IMG/VR virus record: IMGVR_UViG_3300042874_000072
Location: 1-39,442 of that record
From: a virus
Taxonomy: Duplodnaviria > Caudoviricetes
Reading direction: 5' to 3' (one strand)
Length of the DNA stretch: 39,442 nt
Part shown: in pieces, positions 29,786 through 37,352 of the stretch
How positions within the stretch are numbered: the stretch's first letter is position 1
How the letters are laid out: every line of letters begins with the position of its first letter
The notes under the pieces: generated by a model
The model's input: only the letters and a program-made list of their open reading frames with translations
What the model was told of the DNA's origin: nothing
The model's database searches: none
Translations under genes and position numbers: made by a program

Positions 29786-30184
29786 CTAAAACTTCATGCC
29801 GAGGCTAGCAAGAAGTGCCTGTGCCTGAGCACGTTCGGCTTCAGACAGATTGGCCAGGTTAGCCTTGATGTCGGACATGGATACCTTAGCTGCGGCAGGT
29901 GCACGAGTAGTCCAGTCACCGTTGGTAAGACCTTCCCAGACTTTACTGATGGCGTCAACTGCTTCTTGGCCTTCTTTACCAGCAGCTGCGTCACCCAACT
30001 TATGCCCTGCGCCGAAAGGAATCAGCTTTTCTTGGATTTCGTCAGGCAGTGTGGATACGTCAAAAGTAAGGGTGTCGTATCCTGCTACTGTGATTGAAAT
30101 CACATTACCTTCGATGCCTTTTGCCAGTTTCTTTGACCGCTTAGGTGCTTCGATTGCTACGGTTGCTACGTTTTCTTCTGACAT
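29786..30184 (-). CDS. hypothetical protein, paralog of 38322..38768
   Basis: FGAGHKLGD...GDW...ALLASLG; strong RBS. Confidence 0.75.
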   Translation of the reverse strand: MSEENVATVAIEAPKRSKKLAKGIEGNVISITVAGYDTLTFDVSTLPDEIQEKLIPFGAGHKLGDAAAGKEGQEAVDAISKVWEGLTNGDWTTRAPAAAKVSMSDIKANLANLSEAERAQAQALLASLGMKF

Positions 30185-30330
30185 GGTGATTCTCCTTGTG
30201 TGGTGTAGTAGGAAAGTAGCATAGCTACTGCCTCTTTGAGTAGGTCGCCCTGGGATTTACCCAGAGAAACAGAAAGATGTTTCAACTGCTTGTGGAGTTC
30301 TTCGTCAATATGTACTTGGATGTGCGGCAT
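30166..30330 (-). CDS. ribbon-helix-helix (CopG/Arc-like) regulator, 54 aa, missing from the ORF track
   Basis: Own translation MPHIQVHIDEELHKQLKHLSVSLGKSQGDLLKEAVAMLL...: alternating beta strand, helix, G-x-S turn, helix. Confidence 0.75.
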   Translation of the reverse strand: MPHIQVHIDEELHKQLKHLSVSLGKSQGDLLKEAVAMLLSYYTTQGESPCQKKT

Positions 30331-30394
30331 AAGTCAGTATCGCATATTGCTGCGCCTCCCTTCTGGTTAATGGTTTCATTGAATGTTATGTTTC

Positions 30395-30423
30395 ATTAAA
30401 CCATGTTTAAGACCAGTTGTCAA
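30395..30423 (-). promoter_or_regulatory. sigma70-type promoter for the replication operon
   Basis: TTGACA-17 bp-TTTAAT with extended -10 TG. Confidence 0.7.
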
Positions 30424-30426
30424 TAT

Positions 30427-30564
30427 TTATTTTAACATCTGCAATTTTTCTTTAAACAATGGTATTTTTTCAATCTTACCGCAGATTTTACATATATTCA
30501 CAAGATAGTTGTCTTTTGATATTTCTTGGTACATAGCCTTGCCGCAGCAATAACGATCAATCAT
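30427..30564 (-). CDS. small zinc-ribbon protein (45 aa)
   Basis: MIDRYCCGK...CKICGK; coupled to the upstream stop. Confidence 0.55.
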   Translation of the reverse strand: MIDRYCCGKAMYQEISKDNYLVNICKICGKIEKIPLFKEKLQMLK

Positions 30565-30785
30565 TACTTTTCTCCTTTTACTGTATCAATTCGCCTTCTA
30601 AGATAATGTGGCGTTTGCCTGGCAAGTTTTTCAATGGGCTTTCGTCTTAGGTAATTTGAGCAGTTTCTGCAGCAGCACTGTCTTTTTTCCCAGACTTTGG
30701 TTGATACACCTTTTCCTCTTGCGAAGATTTTCCCACAGATGGCGCAGGTTTTTTCTGCGTTGTTGTTAACTAGCTTAAAGGCCAT
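30564..30785 (-). CDS. zinc-finger protein
   Basis: CAICGK.F...CCCRNC. Confidence 0.65.
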   Translation of the reverse strand: MAFKLVNNNAEKTCAICGKIFARGKGVSTKVWEKRQCCCRNCSNYLRRKPIEKLARQTPHYLRRRIDTVKGEK

Positions 30786-31044
30786 TCTCTGCCTCCTTGT
30801 ATTCTAGTGCATCAATGGCATCGGCAATCTTTTCACTGGCAAGATAGTAACCAGCTGAGTGGTATTCTTGGTTAAATATCTGAATAGCTATCTCCATACA
30901 CTCTCTCTTTGCTTGATCCCACCCTTCGCGGCGTGCTTGCTGAACAGCTTCATATTCATTTACTGACAGATCCATGCCACACTTACTGCACACATAGTCA
31001 TGCCAATCTTTGTGCGCCTTCACCCACTCATGGTGACAACTCAT
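30775..31044 (-). CDS. hypothetical protein
   Basis: CHHEW...CSKC; part of the coupled small-gene array. Confidence 0.6.
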   Translation of the reverse strand: MSCHHEWVKAHKDWHDYVCSKCGMDLSVNEYEAVQQARREGWDQAKRECMEIAIQIFNQEYHSAGYYLASEKIADAIDALEYKEAENGL

Positions 31045-31255
31045 CTTGTGCCTCCAGTTCTTGTACTCTTAGATAAAGCTCATTGCCCCAATCACGCAGC
31101 TCACTGTTAGCACTACGCACTTTCTCTAATGCCTTTATAGCATTATCTACTTCTGTGCCATTATAATCACATTTGCTGCTATCCAGAACGTGAATAGCCT
31201 CATCTATCCAAGGGCATGTATTACCTACAGGTGAATTATCAGCACGTCTCGCCAT
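31028..31255 (-). CDS. hypothetical protein
   Basis: GGAGG RBS before ATG 31255; TCPWID...NSELRDWG. Confidence 0.6.
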   Translation of the reverse strand: MARRADNSPVGNTCPWIDEAIHVLDSSKCDYNGTEVDNAIKALEKVRSANSELRDWGNELYLRVQELEAQDELSP

Positions 31256-31545
31256 CAATTCACCTCCAGTTCTTTCAGCAGGGCTTTGGCTGTTTTCACA
31301 GCACAACTTGCTAGGGCTTCCGGCGAACTTTGTGGAAACCAATTACTAGCATGATGTGCCAGTATTCCCTGTATAGCCGCACCAGCAAAGGTATTCAGCC
31401 AGAAGTTACTATCCAGATTAAAGTGCTGGTGGTTGTGTACCTCTGGCTGTAGGCAAGCTGCATGTGCTGACAAGAAAGCATCTCTGTGTGAAGAGACATT
31501 CTCATTTATTTCGATATAAGCTCCACATTTACAAGTGAGTTTCAT
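31255..31545 (-). CDS. hypothetical protein
   Basis: FAGAAIQGILA...A.ALL motif is common in small phage proteins. Confidence 0.6.
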   Translation of the reverse strand: MKLTCKCGAYIEINENVSSHRDAFLSAHAACLQPEVHNHQHFNLDSNFWLNTFAGAAIQGILAHHASNWFPQSSPEALASCAVKTAKALLKELEVN

Positions 31546-31558
31546 CCCTTTATCCTTT

Positions 31559-31864
31559 TCAGTGCGGTGCGGCAATAGCACCATTATCAACAGCTACAGT
31601 CCGTGTGATATTCTGCTTTCGGTCAGTTAACTTATCCAGAATGAGATTGCCAACTTGCGCTAGTGCCTGAAACAAAACTACATTTTCGTATTGGTCGGGA
31701 TATTCTGTTGCGTTCCCAACATAGGATTTGGCGCAAATTTCACAAATATATTCCTCTTTTCGTGGGCGTCCTCGCTCAAATTTGTCTAGTGGTACATCAC
31801 ATCCACAACTTGCACATTCTACCTCGTAACCTTCTTGGCTTTCTCTGTACTCAAAATTACTCAT
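31559..31864 (-). CDS. zinc-binding hypothetical protein
   Basis: CASC...CEIC. Confidence 0.6.
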   Translation of the reverse strand: MSNFEYRESQEGYEVECASCGCDVPLDKFERGRPRKEEYICEICAKSYVGNATEYPDQYENVVLFQALAQVGNLILDKLTDRKQNITRTVAVDNGAIAAPH

Positions 31865-31867
31865 CCC

Positions 31868-32185
31868 TCATACCTCCAGTTTGAATTTGGCTTTGATCAT
31901 AGTAGACACCTCTCTAGCAAACATCTTAGGAGGTGCTTGGTCATGCAAGAATGAACCACCCATAATCCTCGCACATATTTCCCTCGCCGCCTCTTGACGA
32001 ATCTTGTCTTTAATGCTTTCACCTGTGGTAAGGTCTTTATCCATAGCTCGCCAAAAACTTAGTTCTGCCCTCTCCTCGGCAAGCAAGGCTTGACTTGCGT
32101 CTAGCTGATGTTCTAACTCTTCAATCCTGACATAATCAGAAGTGTGGTGTTCTTTAAAATGATGTTCGTATAACTCCTCGTACAT
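31868..32185 (-). CDS. hypothetical protein
   Basis: 105-aa ORF in the array. Confidence 0.55.
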   Translation of the reverse strand: MYEELYEHHFKEHHTSDYVRIEELEHQLDASQALLAEERAELSFWRAMDKDLTTGESIKDKIRQEAAREICARIMGGSFLHDQAPPKMFAREVSTMIKAKFKLEV

Positions 32186-32286
32186 TTGTGTTTTATCTTC
32201 CAGCTCCCCTTGAGCCTGTCGATAATAGCTTCAGCGCAATCAATGCACCGTTCCTTGTTATCCCCACAAAAACAATAGTCCCCCAT
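32113..32286 (-). CDS. small Cys-rich hypothetical protein
   Basis: GGAGG RBS before ATG 32286, just downstream of attC-like site 1. Confidence 0.45.
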   Translation of the reverse strand: MGDYCFCGDNKERCIDCAEAIIDRLKGSWKIKHKCTRSYTNIILKNTTLLIMSGLKS

Positions 32287-32305
32287 CTCACACCTCCAAT
32301 TCGTA

Positions 32306-32366
32306 ATATAACCAGGACGCTGGAAGCCGCCCAAAAGACGGCGGTTCAGCGCCAAGGCCGTTATAT
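32306..32366. mobile_element. attC-like recombination site 1
   Basis: ATATAAC...CGCTG(G)AA(G)CCGCC-loop-GGCGGTTCAGCG...GTTATAT, 61 bp, two extrahelical bases. Confidence 0.65.
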
Positions 32367-32732
32367 TTCTAATGCTACTTTGGCGATTAACTTGATACGG
32401 TCTGCAATCTCGTAGATGTGCGCCGGTTCAAGCGGTTGTTTTGCTATTGCAGACAGTGCGACTTTGTATTTGTACATTTCACATAGAGTTTCTTTTAGCT
32501 TCTCACATGCTTGTTTCTGCGTAAAACCTTTACAGTCTGTAGGCGATAAGTGGCAATTTTCGCATGGCTCCAGTTCAACAAATGGCCGTACATCGTCCCA
32601 CCGGCAATATTCGCCATCTTCATCATCCCTGTCCATTACAGGTTCACACCTGTCAAGGTGGTATCGTGGGATTGGTTGTGGTTGTTCCTCTGCTGAATTG
32701 CTTCCAAAATATCCGCCTGATTCGATGCTCAC
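32361..32732 (-). CDS. hypothetical protein (in putative cassette)
   Basis: Its stop codon lies inside the attC-like core (ATATAAC on the minus strand). Confidence 0.55.
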   Translation of the reverse strand: MSIESGGYFGSNSAEEQPQPIPRYHLDRCEPVMDRDDEDGEYCRWDDVRPFVELEPCENCHLSPTDCKGFTQKQACEKLKETLCEMYKYKVALSAIAKQPLEPAHIYEIADRIKLIAKVALEI

Positions 32733-32889
32733 TTTTTGCCTCCTCTATTTGGTAATCACTGATTGCGCTATCAAGTTTTATCCTCAAATCGATTGCCGCC
32801 TTTAAATTCAAATAGCTGAATTTTCCGTTAATGTTTATGGTCACTGGAAAGGTCTTTTCGTTTATGTTTTGCACAACTATGATCGACAT
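32653..32889 (-). CDS. hypothetical protein (in putative cassette)
   Basis: AGGAGG RBS right after the core of attC-like site 2. Confidence 0.55.
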   Translation of the reverse strand: MSIIVVQNINEKTFPVTININGKFSYLNLKAAIDLRIKLDSAISDYQIEEAKSEHRIRRIFWKQFSRGTTTTNPTIPP

Positions 32890-32905
32890 TCACCCCTCCT
32901 ACGAA

Positions 32906-32966
32906 ATATAACCATCGGGTGCAAAGCGTTTCGCTTCGCTCCCGTTTGACCCTCAAGCCGTTATGC
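32906..32966. mobile_element. attC-like recombination site 2
   Basis: ATATAAC...GGGT(G)CAAA(G)CG-TTTCGCTTCGCTCC-CGTTTGACCC...GTTATGC, 61 bp. Confidence 0.7.
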
Positions 32967-33188
32967 GTCAGCCGCAATTTTGTGAGCTATGTGCTGCAAC
33001 TCAACATGATCCATCGAATGAATTTTGGAGACACATGCTGTGCCGTCAAGATACCGGAAAATGCAGTATCGTTCCTCGTCAGTCAGGATTGGAATGTCCT
33101 TTGCTACATACAAGGCATTGCCGCAATAAGCCTCTCCGAGTGCTGTAGCAATCAACTCCCTTGCTATCTGTTTATTGTCGTATGCCAT
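32961..33188 (-). CDS. hypothetical protein
   Basis: GGAG RBS before ATG 33188; TAA inside the GCATAAC core of site 2. Confidence 0.6.
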   Translation of the reverse strand: MAYDNKQIARELIATALGEAYCGNALYVAKDIPILTDEERYCIFRYLDGTACVSKIHSMDHVELQHIAHKIAADA

Positions 33189-33492
33189 TTTCTTCTCCGA
33201 TCCGCTCAAACGCCTCGGTTGCGATGGTGAGCTTGGCTTTGCCTTCTTTCCATAGCCGTATGAAATCTCTGCCGTGGCACCGATCATGTTTATTTGCATC
33301 ATCATCATTTTCGCTTGAGTCATTTTTATATGACATAGCCGCCTCCGCACACTTCTCACGCATGGCAGTGGCACCGGCATTGGATGCCATCTTTAGATCA
33401 GTCAGATATGGCAGACTTTTATAGCGTGGGGTGTCGTCTATTACATTGTTCCCATAGGTTTCTTTTGCCCATTTTTCAAACTCTTCGTTCAT
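33172..33492 (-). CDS. hypothetical protein
   Basis: GGAGG RBS; MNEEFEKW start. Confidence 0.6.
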   Translation of the reverse strand: MNEEFEKWAKETYGNNVIDDTPRYKSLPYLTDLKMASNAGATAMREKCAEAAMSYKNDSSENDDDANKHDRCHGRDFIRLWKEGKAKLTIATEAFERIGEENGIRQ

Positions 33493-33593
33493 TTATTCCT
33501 CCATGAATCTATACATGAAAGTGGAACCAACAGTATTAGCCACCACATAGCCCAAAAGTGTTCCTTAAAAAGCCACGTCAGCAATTCGTTCAT
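33489..33593 (-). CDS. small membrane peptide (34 aa)
   Basis: MNELLTWLFKEHFWAMWWLILLVPLSCIDSWRNK; ATGA overlap with the next gene. Confidence 0.5.
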   Translation of the reverse strand: MNELLTWLFKEHFWAMWWLILLVPLSCIDSWRNK

Positions 33594-33598
33594 ACGGA

Positions 33599-33766
33599 TT
33601 ACTGTCCAACTTTGCGGGTTAGGGGCCACAACAAAATAGCTTGTGCTTGAAGTCTTTTAATTTCTTGTTCGAGGCTTTCTACTTCTGCTAGTAAAGTATC
33701 AATGATCTCTCCGTTTAGTGCATCATGACACTCAAGACGCCATTTCTTAATACTTTCAACATTCAT
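33599..33766 (-). CDS. hypothetical protein (55 aa)
   Basis: GGAGG RBS; IDTLLAEVESLE coiled coil. Confidence 0.5.
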   Translation of the reverse strand: MNVESIKKWRLECHDALNGEIIDTLLAEVESLEQEIKRLQAQAILLWPLTRKVGQ

Positions 33767-33996
33767 ATTGTTTCCTCCATAACATCTCTGTCAATGTATA
33801 CATAACCGTCCGGGAAGAATCTCATTTTAGTTTCATCCCAACAATTTTCTGAGTATTCAAAAGAAAACTTACGTCCGAATAATTCAAAAGCTCTTTCTCT
33901 TCCGCCAAAGTCGAGAACCGCTACAACATCCTTGTGTAAAACCTTGTTCCCTATTTTATGAACATGGTCTTGACCAAAAGTCACGTAAGTTTTCAT
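33763..33996 (-). CDS. hypothetical protein
   Basis: MKTYVTFGQDH start; GAGGG RBS. Confidence 0.65.
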   Translation of the reverse strand: MKTYVTFGQDHVHKIGNKVLHKDVVAVLDFGGRERAFELFGRKFSFEYSENCWDETKMRFFPDGYVYIDRDVMEETI

Positions 33997-34031
33997 AATT
34001 ACACCCTCTTTTCTTTTTACCACGTAAGTTT

Positions 34032-34057
34032 AAAATGTAAATTATTTACATTTCTGG
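34032..34057 (+). repeat. dispersed palindromic site, copy 6
   Basis: TAAG-TTT-AAAATGTA-AATTATT-TACATTTCTGG. Confidence 0.92.
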
Positions 34058-34426
34058 TTGTTCGATACATCCTTCTCCGTTACATGCCGGACACGTATCT
34101 GTGCCGCCACAGCAGATTTCTCCTCCGTAGTGCCCGCCTACCCAACCAGAACCGCCGCAACTTTTACATACTACCTGCCCCGAGCCGTTGCAAGTTTCGC
34201 ACTTTATTCTTTCTTGGTTATCGCACCATGCTTCGTAGTTATCGTCGTCCCACTCCGCTGCGTAGCTGCAAAGAGGACATTTCCATAAGTCATCTGGCTT
34301 ACACAGTTGTGACATGTATTCTTCTGATGTTAGCGGTACGTAAAAGTGGTTTGGGCAAAATAATACTGCTTCTACCTTACCAAATGTGAATGGTCTTTCT
34401 ATCTGTTGATGGTTTATCTCTCGCAT
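34046..34426 (-). CDS. DnaJ-type CxxCxGxG zinc-finger protein
   Basis: CETCNGSG, CKSCGGSG, CPACNGEG. Confidence 0.7.
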   Translation of the reverse strand: MREINHQQIERPFTFGKVEAVLFCPNHFYVPLTSEEYMSQLCKPDDLWKCPLCSYAAEWDDDNYEAWCDNQERIKCETCNGSGQVVCKSCGGSGWVGGHYGGEICCGGTDTCPACNGEGCIEQPEM

Positions 34427-35292
34427 TTGAAATTCCTCCAGTCTTTTACCTGCACCGCTACAGTAGCGATTGGTACATTGTTAGTAGTTTTAAGAGCCTC
34501 ATGCTTTACTGTTAGGATATGGCCGAGAAGTTCATGGCGGTACTTCCAGTAATGTTCTCGCCGCTCTCTTGTAAGGGCGGGGCCAGTTCCAACTGAAAAC
34601 TTTGTTCCTTCGTCAGATGTTACGATAAACGACCCGAGTGATTCTTTTTCAACTCCGTAGATGTCGACTTCTTGGTTAAAGCCAATAATGGTATAATCGT
34701 CATGCTCGGTCGGCTTGAACTTAAGGCAATTTACGCTTCTTTTTTCTTCGTATTGGGCATATGGGTGTCTTAGGATAATCCCTTCGTAGCCCTTTTCAAT
34801 ACAACTTTGGCAATGTTCAATCCATTCACTTTGGCTTGACCGAAATGTCTCGACGCATTGAAGTACTGGGTACACGGGGTCAGATTGTAAGAAATGGAAC
34901 CACTCGAATATATCAGCACACCTCTGTATTTGTGACTTTTGATTATCTTGGTAGTCGAAGATATGAAACTGGATACCAGTCGCATCGTCAGATGCATTTT
35001 TCTTTCTTGAAACTGCGCTATGAATACGTTCACGAGTCCAGCCATGCACGTAAAGCTCCCCGTCCCATTTCACATCCTTTGGCATGAACTGTGTCAGAGC
35101 ATTTACTATATGGTCGAGGCCTTTGAACTCGTTACCATAAGAGCTGAGTAAAACAGGCCTGTCATCGTACCATTCAACCCTGCATCGTTCACCGTTTAGT
35201 TTTGGCTGAGCTATAAAAAGTTCTGGAAATTTCTTTACTCTCTTTTCCTCTGCCGGATGGCATAACATAATCCCTTCACGGTGTAAGTACAT
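34414..35292 (-). CDS. lig: ATP-dependent DNA ligase
   Basis: QPKLNGERC (motif I), WDGELY, FHIFD, GYEGIILR, LKFK. Confidence 0.9.
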   Translation of the reverse strand: MYLHREGIMLCHPAEEKRVKKFPELFIAQPKLNGERCRVEWYDDRPVLLSSYGNEFKGLDHIVNALTQFMPKDVKWDGELYVHGWTRERIHSAVSRKKNASDDATGIQFHIFDYQDNQKSQIQRCADIFEWFHFLQSDPVYPVLQCVETFRSSQSEWIEHCQSCIEKGYEGIILRHPYAQYEEKRSVNCLKFKPTEHDDYTIIGFNQEVDIYGVEKESLGSFIVTSDEGTKFSVGTGPALTRERREHYWKYRHELLGHILTVKHEALKTTNNVPIATVAVQVKDWRNFKCER

Positions 35293-35488
35293 AGTTTTTA
35301 ATCCTTTCCACTTTTAGTAGATTACGCATTAACTCGTAGACGTTGATATTAACTTCTACTAACCTTACATCATCCCATAGTACTATATCCCCGCTGGCGT
35401 AGTCTACTTCCACTACGTTCATAGCTCTTCGTCCTGGAAGAGTTACCCAGTCATCTAGTTCTATTTCTAACGATAGATTCATTTTCAT
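35276..35488 (-). CDS. hypothetical protein
   Basis: 70-aa coupled ORF. Confidence 0.5.
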   Translation of the reverse strand: MKMNLSLEIELDDWVTLPGRRAMNVVEVDYASGDIVLWDDVRLVEVNINVYELMRNLLKVERIKNYVLTP

Positions 35489-35691
35489 GGTAAAGTCCCC
35501 TTACCACAACGCTCTGACATTAACGCCAGGCACTTTTCGCAAAAGACATAGTTTAGAATAAACTTACTGTAATTATTCCCCAGCATTGGAATACCGCACA
35601 GTGTGGAGCCGTCGTCACCTGAGATGTGCGTCGGTCCGAGTTTTTTTGTCCACATTTCTGACTGTTTTATCTTCATACTTTTTCCTTTCAT
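35485..35691 (-). CDS. small zinc-binding protein
   Basis: TH...TLCG...CEKC. Confidence 0.55.
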   Translation of the reverse strand: MKGKSMKIKQSEMWTKKLGPTHISGDDGSTLCGIPMLGNNYSKFILNYVFCEKCLALMSERCGKGTLP

Positions 35692-35797
35692 AGTGGGTGT
35701 AGGCTAGAACTAAGATAACTCCATACAGCCAGCCGTGTATGGCTACTATCATGGCAATGGTGTAGACTATTTTACGCCAAACCTTTAGTGACTGCAT
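35615..35797 (-). CDS. small membrane protein
   Basis: Hydrophobic stretch IVYTIAMIVAIHGWLYGVILVLAY. Confidence 0.45.
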   Translation of the reverse strand: MQSLKVWRKIVYTIAMIVAIHGWLYGVILVLAYTHYERKKYEDKTVRNVDKKTRTDAHLR

Positions 35798-36107
35798 TAG
35801 AGTATTCCTCGTTTTTTACATCTACTATGTTTACTTTTGTAACAGTTTCGCCCTCTTTCAAAAATCCTACAAGTGGACTATTCGATACTCTTTTCAAAAC
35901 AACCCAGAACTTTGCATCCTTAAAACAGGTGTAAATGTGAATACCACTGGCAGCTTTGGCATCGATATCTGCCAAGATATTTCGCTCGCGGATGAAAGTC
36001 CTGTGAAGGCTTTTCTGGTCAGCTTTTGACACCACTGGCAGATAGATTTCACTACCTACTGACATATCAGCCGCCTTGTGTAACCATTCAATAACTATAT
36101 TTCTCAT
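35772..36107 (-). CDS. hypothetical protein
   Basis: 111-aa ORF with RBS; weak resemblance to 37367..37816. Confidence 0.6.
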   Translation of the reverse strand: MRNIVIEWLHKAADMSVGSEIYLPVVSKADQKSLHRTFIRERNILADIDAKAASGIHIYTCFKDAKFWVVLKRVSNSPLVGFLKEGETVTKVNIVDVKNEEYSNAVTKGLA

Positions 36108-36110
36108 AGC

Positions 36111-36572
36111 CTAACCTCTCCTTCCGGTTTTAATTTCTACCCTTTGGCGAATGATAGTAAGAATTAACTCTTCCTTTGGCTTGGATAGTAAAACCTCAGG
36201 ACATTTTTCGCATGTTATAGCAGTTTGGGTTAAAACTTCTACTTTTTGGCCTTCCGCCATAAGCTGGGAAAAGTATTCCTCTGACACTCGGATGCTTTTC
36301 AGGTAGTTACCATGTAAAACCATCTTAAAGTATACATGAAACTTTGACTTGCAAAACGGGCAGGTGACTATTGTATCCAGCAGATGTGGCGTAGGCGCAG
36401 TGCTTTTATTCACCACCGCGCTTTTGGGAAGCGACCGCTTTTGCTTTTTCCGTTCTTTAGCTGTTTCGGCCAAGAGGGTAAAGCCGCATGCTTTTAAAAC
36501 GCTGATGTCGGCGGGGCTTAGAAGATTCCACTTTTCCCAGGGGATGTTTTGAGAAACTTTAGCTTCTTGCAT
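36111..36572 (-). CDS. zinc-binding hypothetical protein
   Basis: CPFC...CEKC; GGAGG RBS. Confidence 0.65.
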   Translation of the reverse strand: MQEAKVSQNIPWEKWNLLSPADISVLKACGFTLLAETAKERKKQKRSLPKSAVVNKSTAPTPHLLDTIVTCPFCKSKFHVYFKMVLHGNYLKSIRVSEEYFSQLMAEGQKVEVLTQTAITCEKCPEVLLSKPKEELILTIIRQRVEIKTGRRG

Positions 36573-36717
36573 AAAGCACCTCCAAAGCGAGAACTTCGGA
36601 GTAGTATTGGCGCAGGTTCCTAGGTGCGTAGAGTAAAACTGCCCAGTAAATGGCCTCTAACTTTTCAAGACCTTCTACCACAAACCAGAGCCAGACTTCC
36701 TTCAGTTTTTTCAACAT
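36559..36717 (-). CDS. hypothetical protein (52 aa)
   Basis: GGGAGG RBS; MLKKLKEVWLWFVVE... Confidence 0.5.
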   Translation of the reverse strand: MLKKLKEVWLWFVVEGLEKLEAIYWAVLLYAPRNLRQYYSEVLALEVLYARS

Positions 36718-36794
36718 GGTAAACCTCCCATTTTACCAGCTTCAAACTGGTATGAAATAGAGCCTTTTTGATTCATGCTCAGGAATTATTATTA

Positions 36795-37013
36795 CTACTC
36801 AAATACTATCCTTCCGCTCATAGCTAAGTGCATAGTTCCATAAACTCTATTTTCACCGCAATCTTCGCAGTGATACCTTTCAGCGTCAGGTTCACAGGTA
36901 TAATGATCTGCACCGCAGGCTAGGCAAAGGCCAAAGTTCTCTGCTTCTAGTTCCCAAATCTCATTTTCATTTTCCAGAATAACTCTAAATGGCTTTTCAT
37001 CAGTTACTCGCAT
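36795..37013 (-). CDS. zinc-ribbon protein
   Basis: GLCLACG...EPDA..Y.CEDCG...VYG. Confidence 0.7.
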   Translation of the reverse strand: MRVTDEKPFRVILENENEIWELEAENFGLCLACGADHYTCEPDAERYHCEDCGENRVYGTMHLAMSGRIVFE

Positions 37014-37069
37014 TTAAACTCTCCGTTCTGTTGGTTTTCGCAGGCTTCAAACCCGCGTGATTATGGTTA

Positions 37070-37098
37070 AATATAACATACATGTTGTAAGATTACAA
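37070..37098 (-). promoter_or_regulatory. sigma70-type promoter with palindrome over the -35 box
   Basis: TTGTAA-17 bp-TATATT with extended TG; palindrome TTGTAA-GA-TTACAA at 37085-37098. Confidence 0.55.
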
Positions 37099-37138
37099 TA
37101 CTTTTTTACAAAATTTTTTATTTTATGCAACCCAGACT

Positions 37139-37165
37139 AAAATGTAAATTATTTACATTTCTTGG
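37139..37165 (+). repeat. dispersed palindromic site, copy 7
   Basis: CCAG-ACT-AAAATGTA-AATTATT-TACATTTCTTGG. Confidence 0.92.
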
Positions 37166-37170
37166 TATGG

Positions 37171-37257
37171 CTAAAATCCAAGTATAAAACGAAAAAGAAC
37201 AAGGATTAAACTTCCGGTCAGTAGCATGGCTAAAACCGTTTCTAGTTTTTCAAACAT
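37171..37257 (-). CDS. 28-aa hydrophobic peptide
   Basis: AAGGAG RBS; MFEKLETVLAMLLTGSLILVLFRFILGF. Confidence 0.55.
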   Translation of the reverse strand: MFEKLETVLAMLLTGSLILVLFRFILGF

Positions 37258-37273
37258 GGCGTGAAAACTCCTT

Positions 37274-37314
37274 TTTCATTTCTTCTGTTACTATCTTTCA
37301 TTTCTTCTGTTACT
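37274..37314. repeat. 19-bp direct repeat x2
   Basis: TTTCATTTCTTCTGTTACT at 37274 and 37296. Confidence 0.85.
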
Positions 37315-37352
37315 CCCACCCGCCCGCCTTAAGCTGCGGCCGTGATAAGGGC

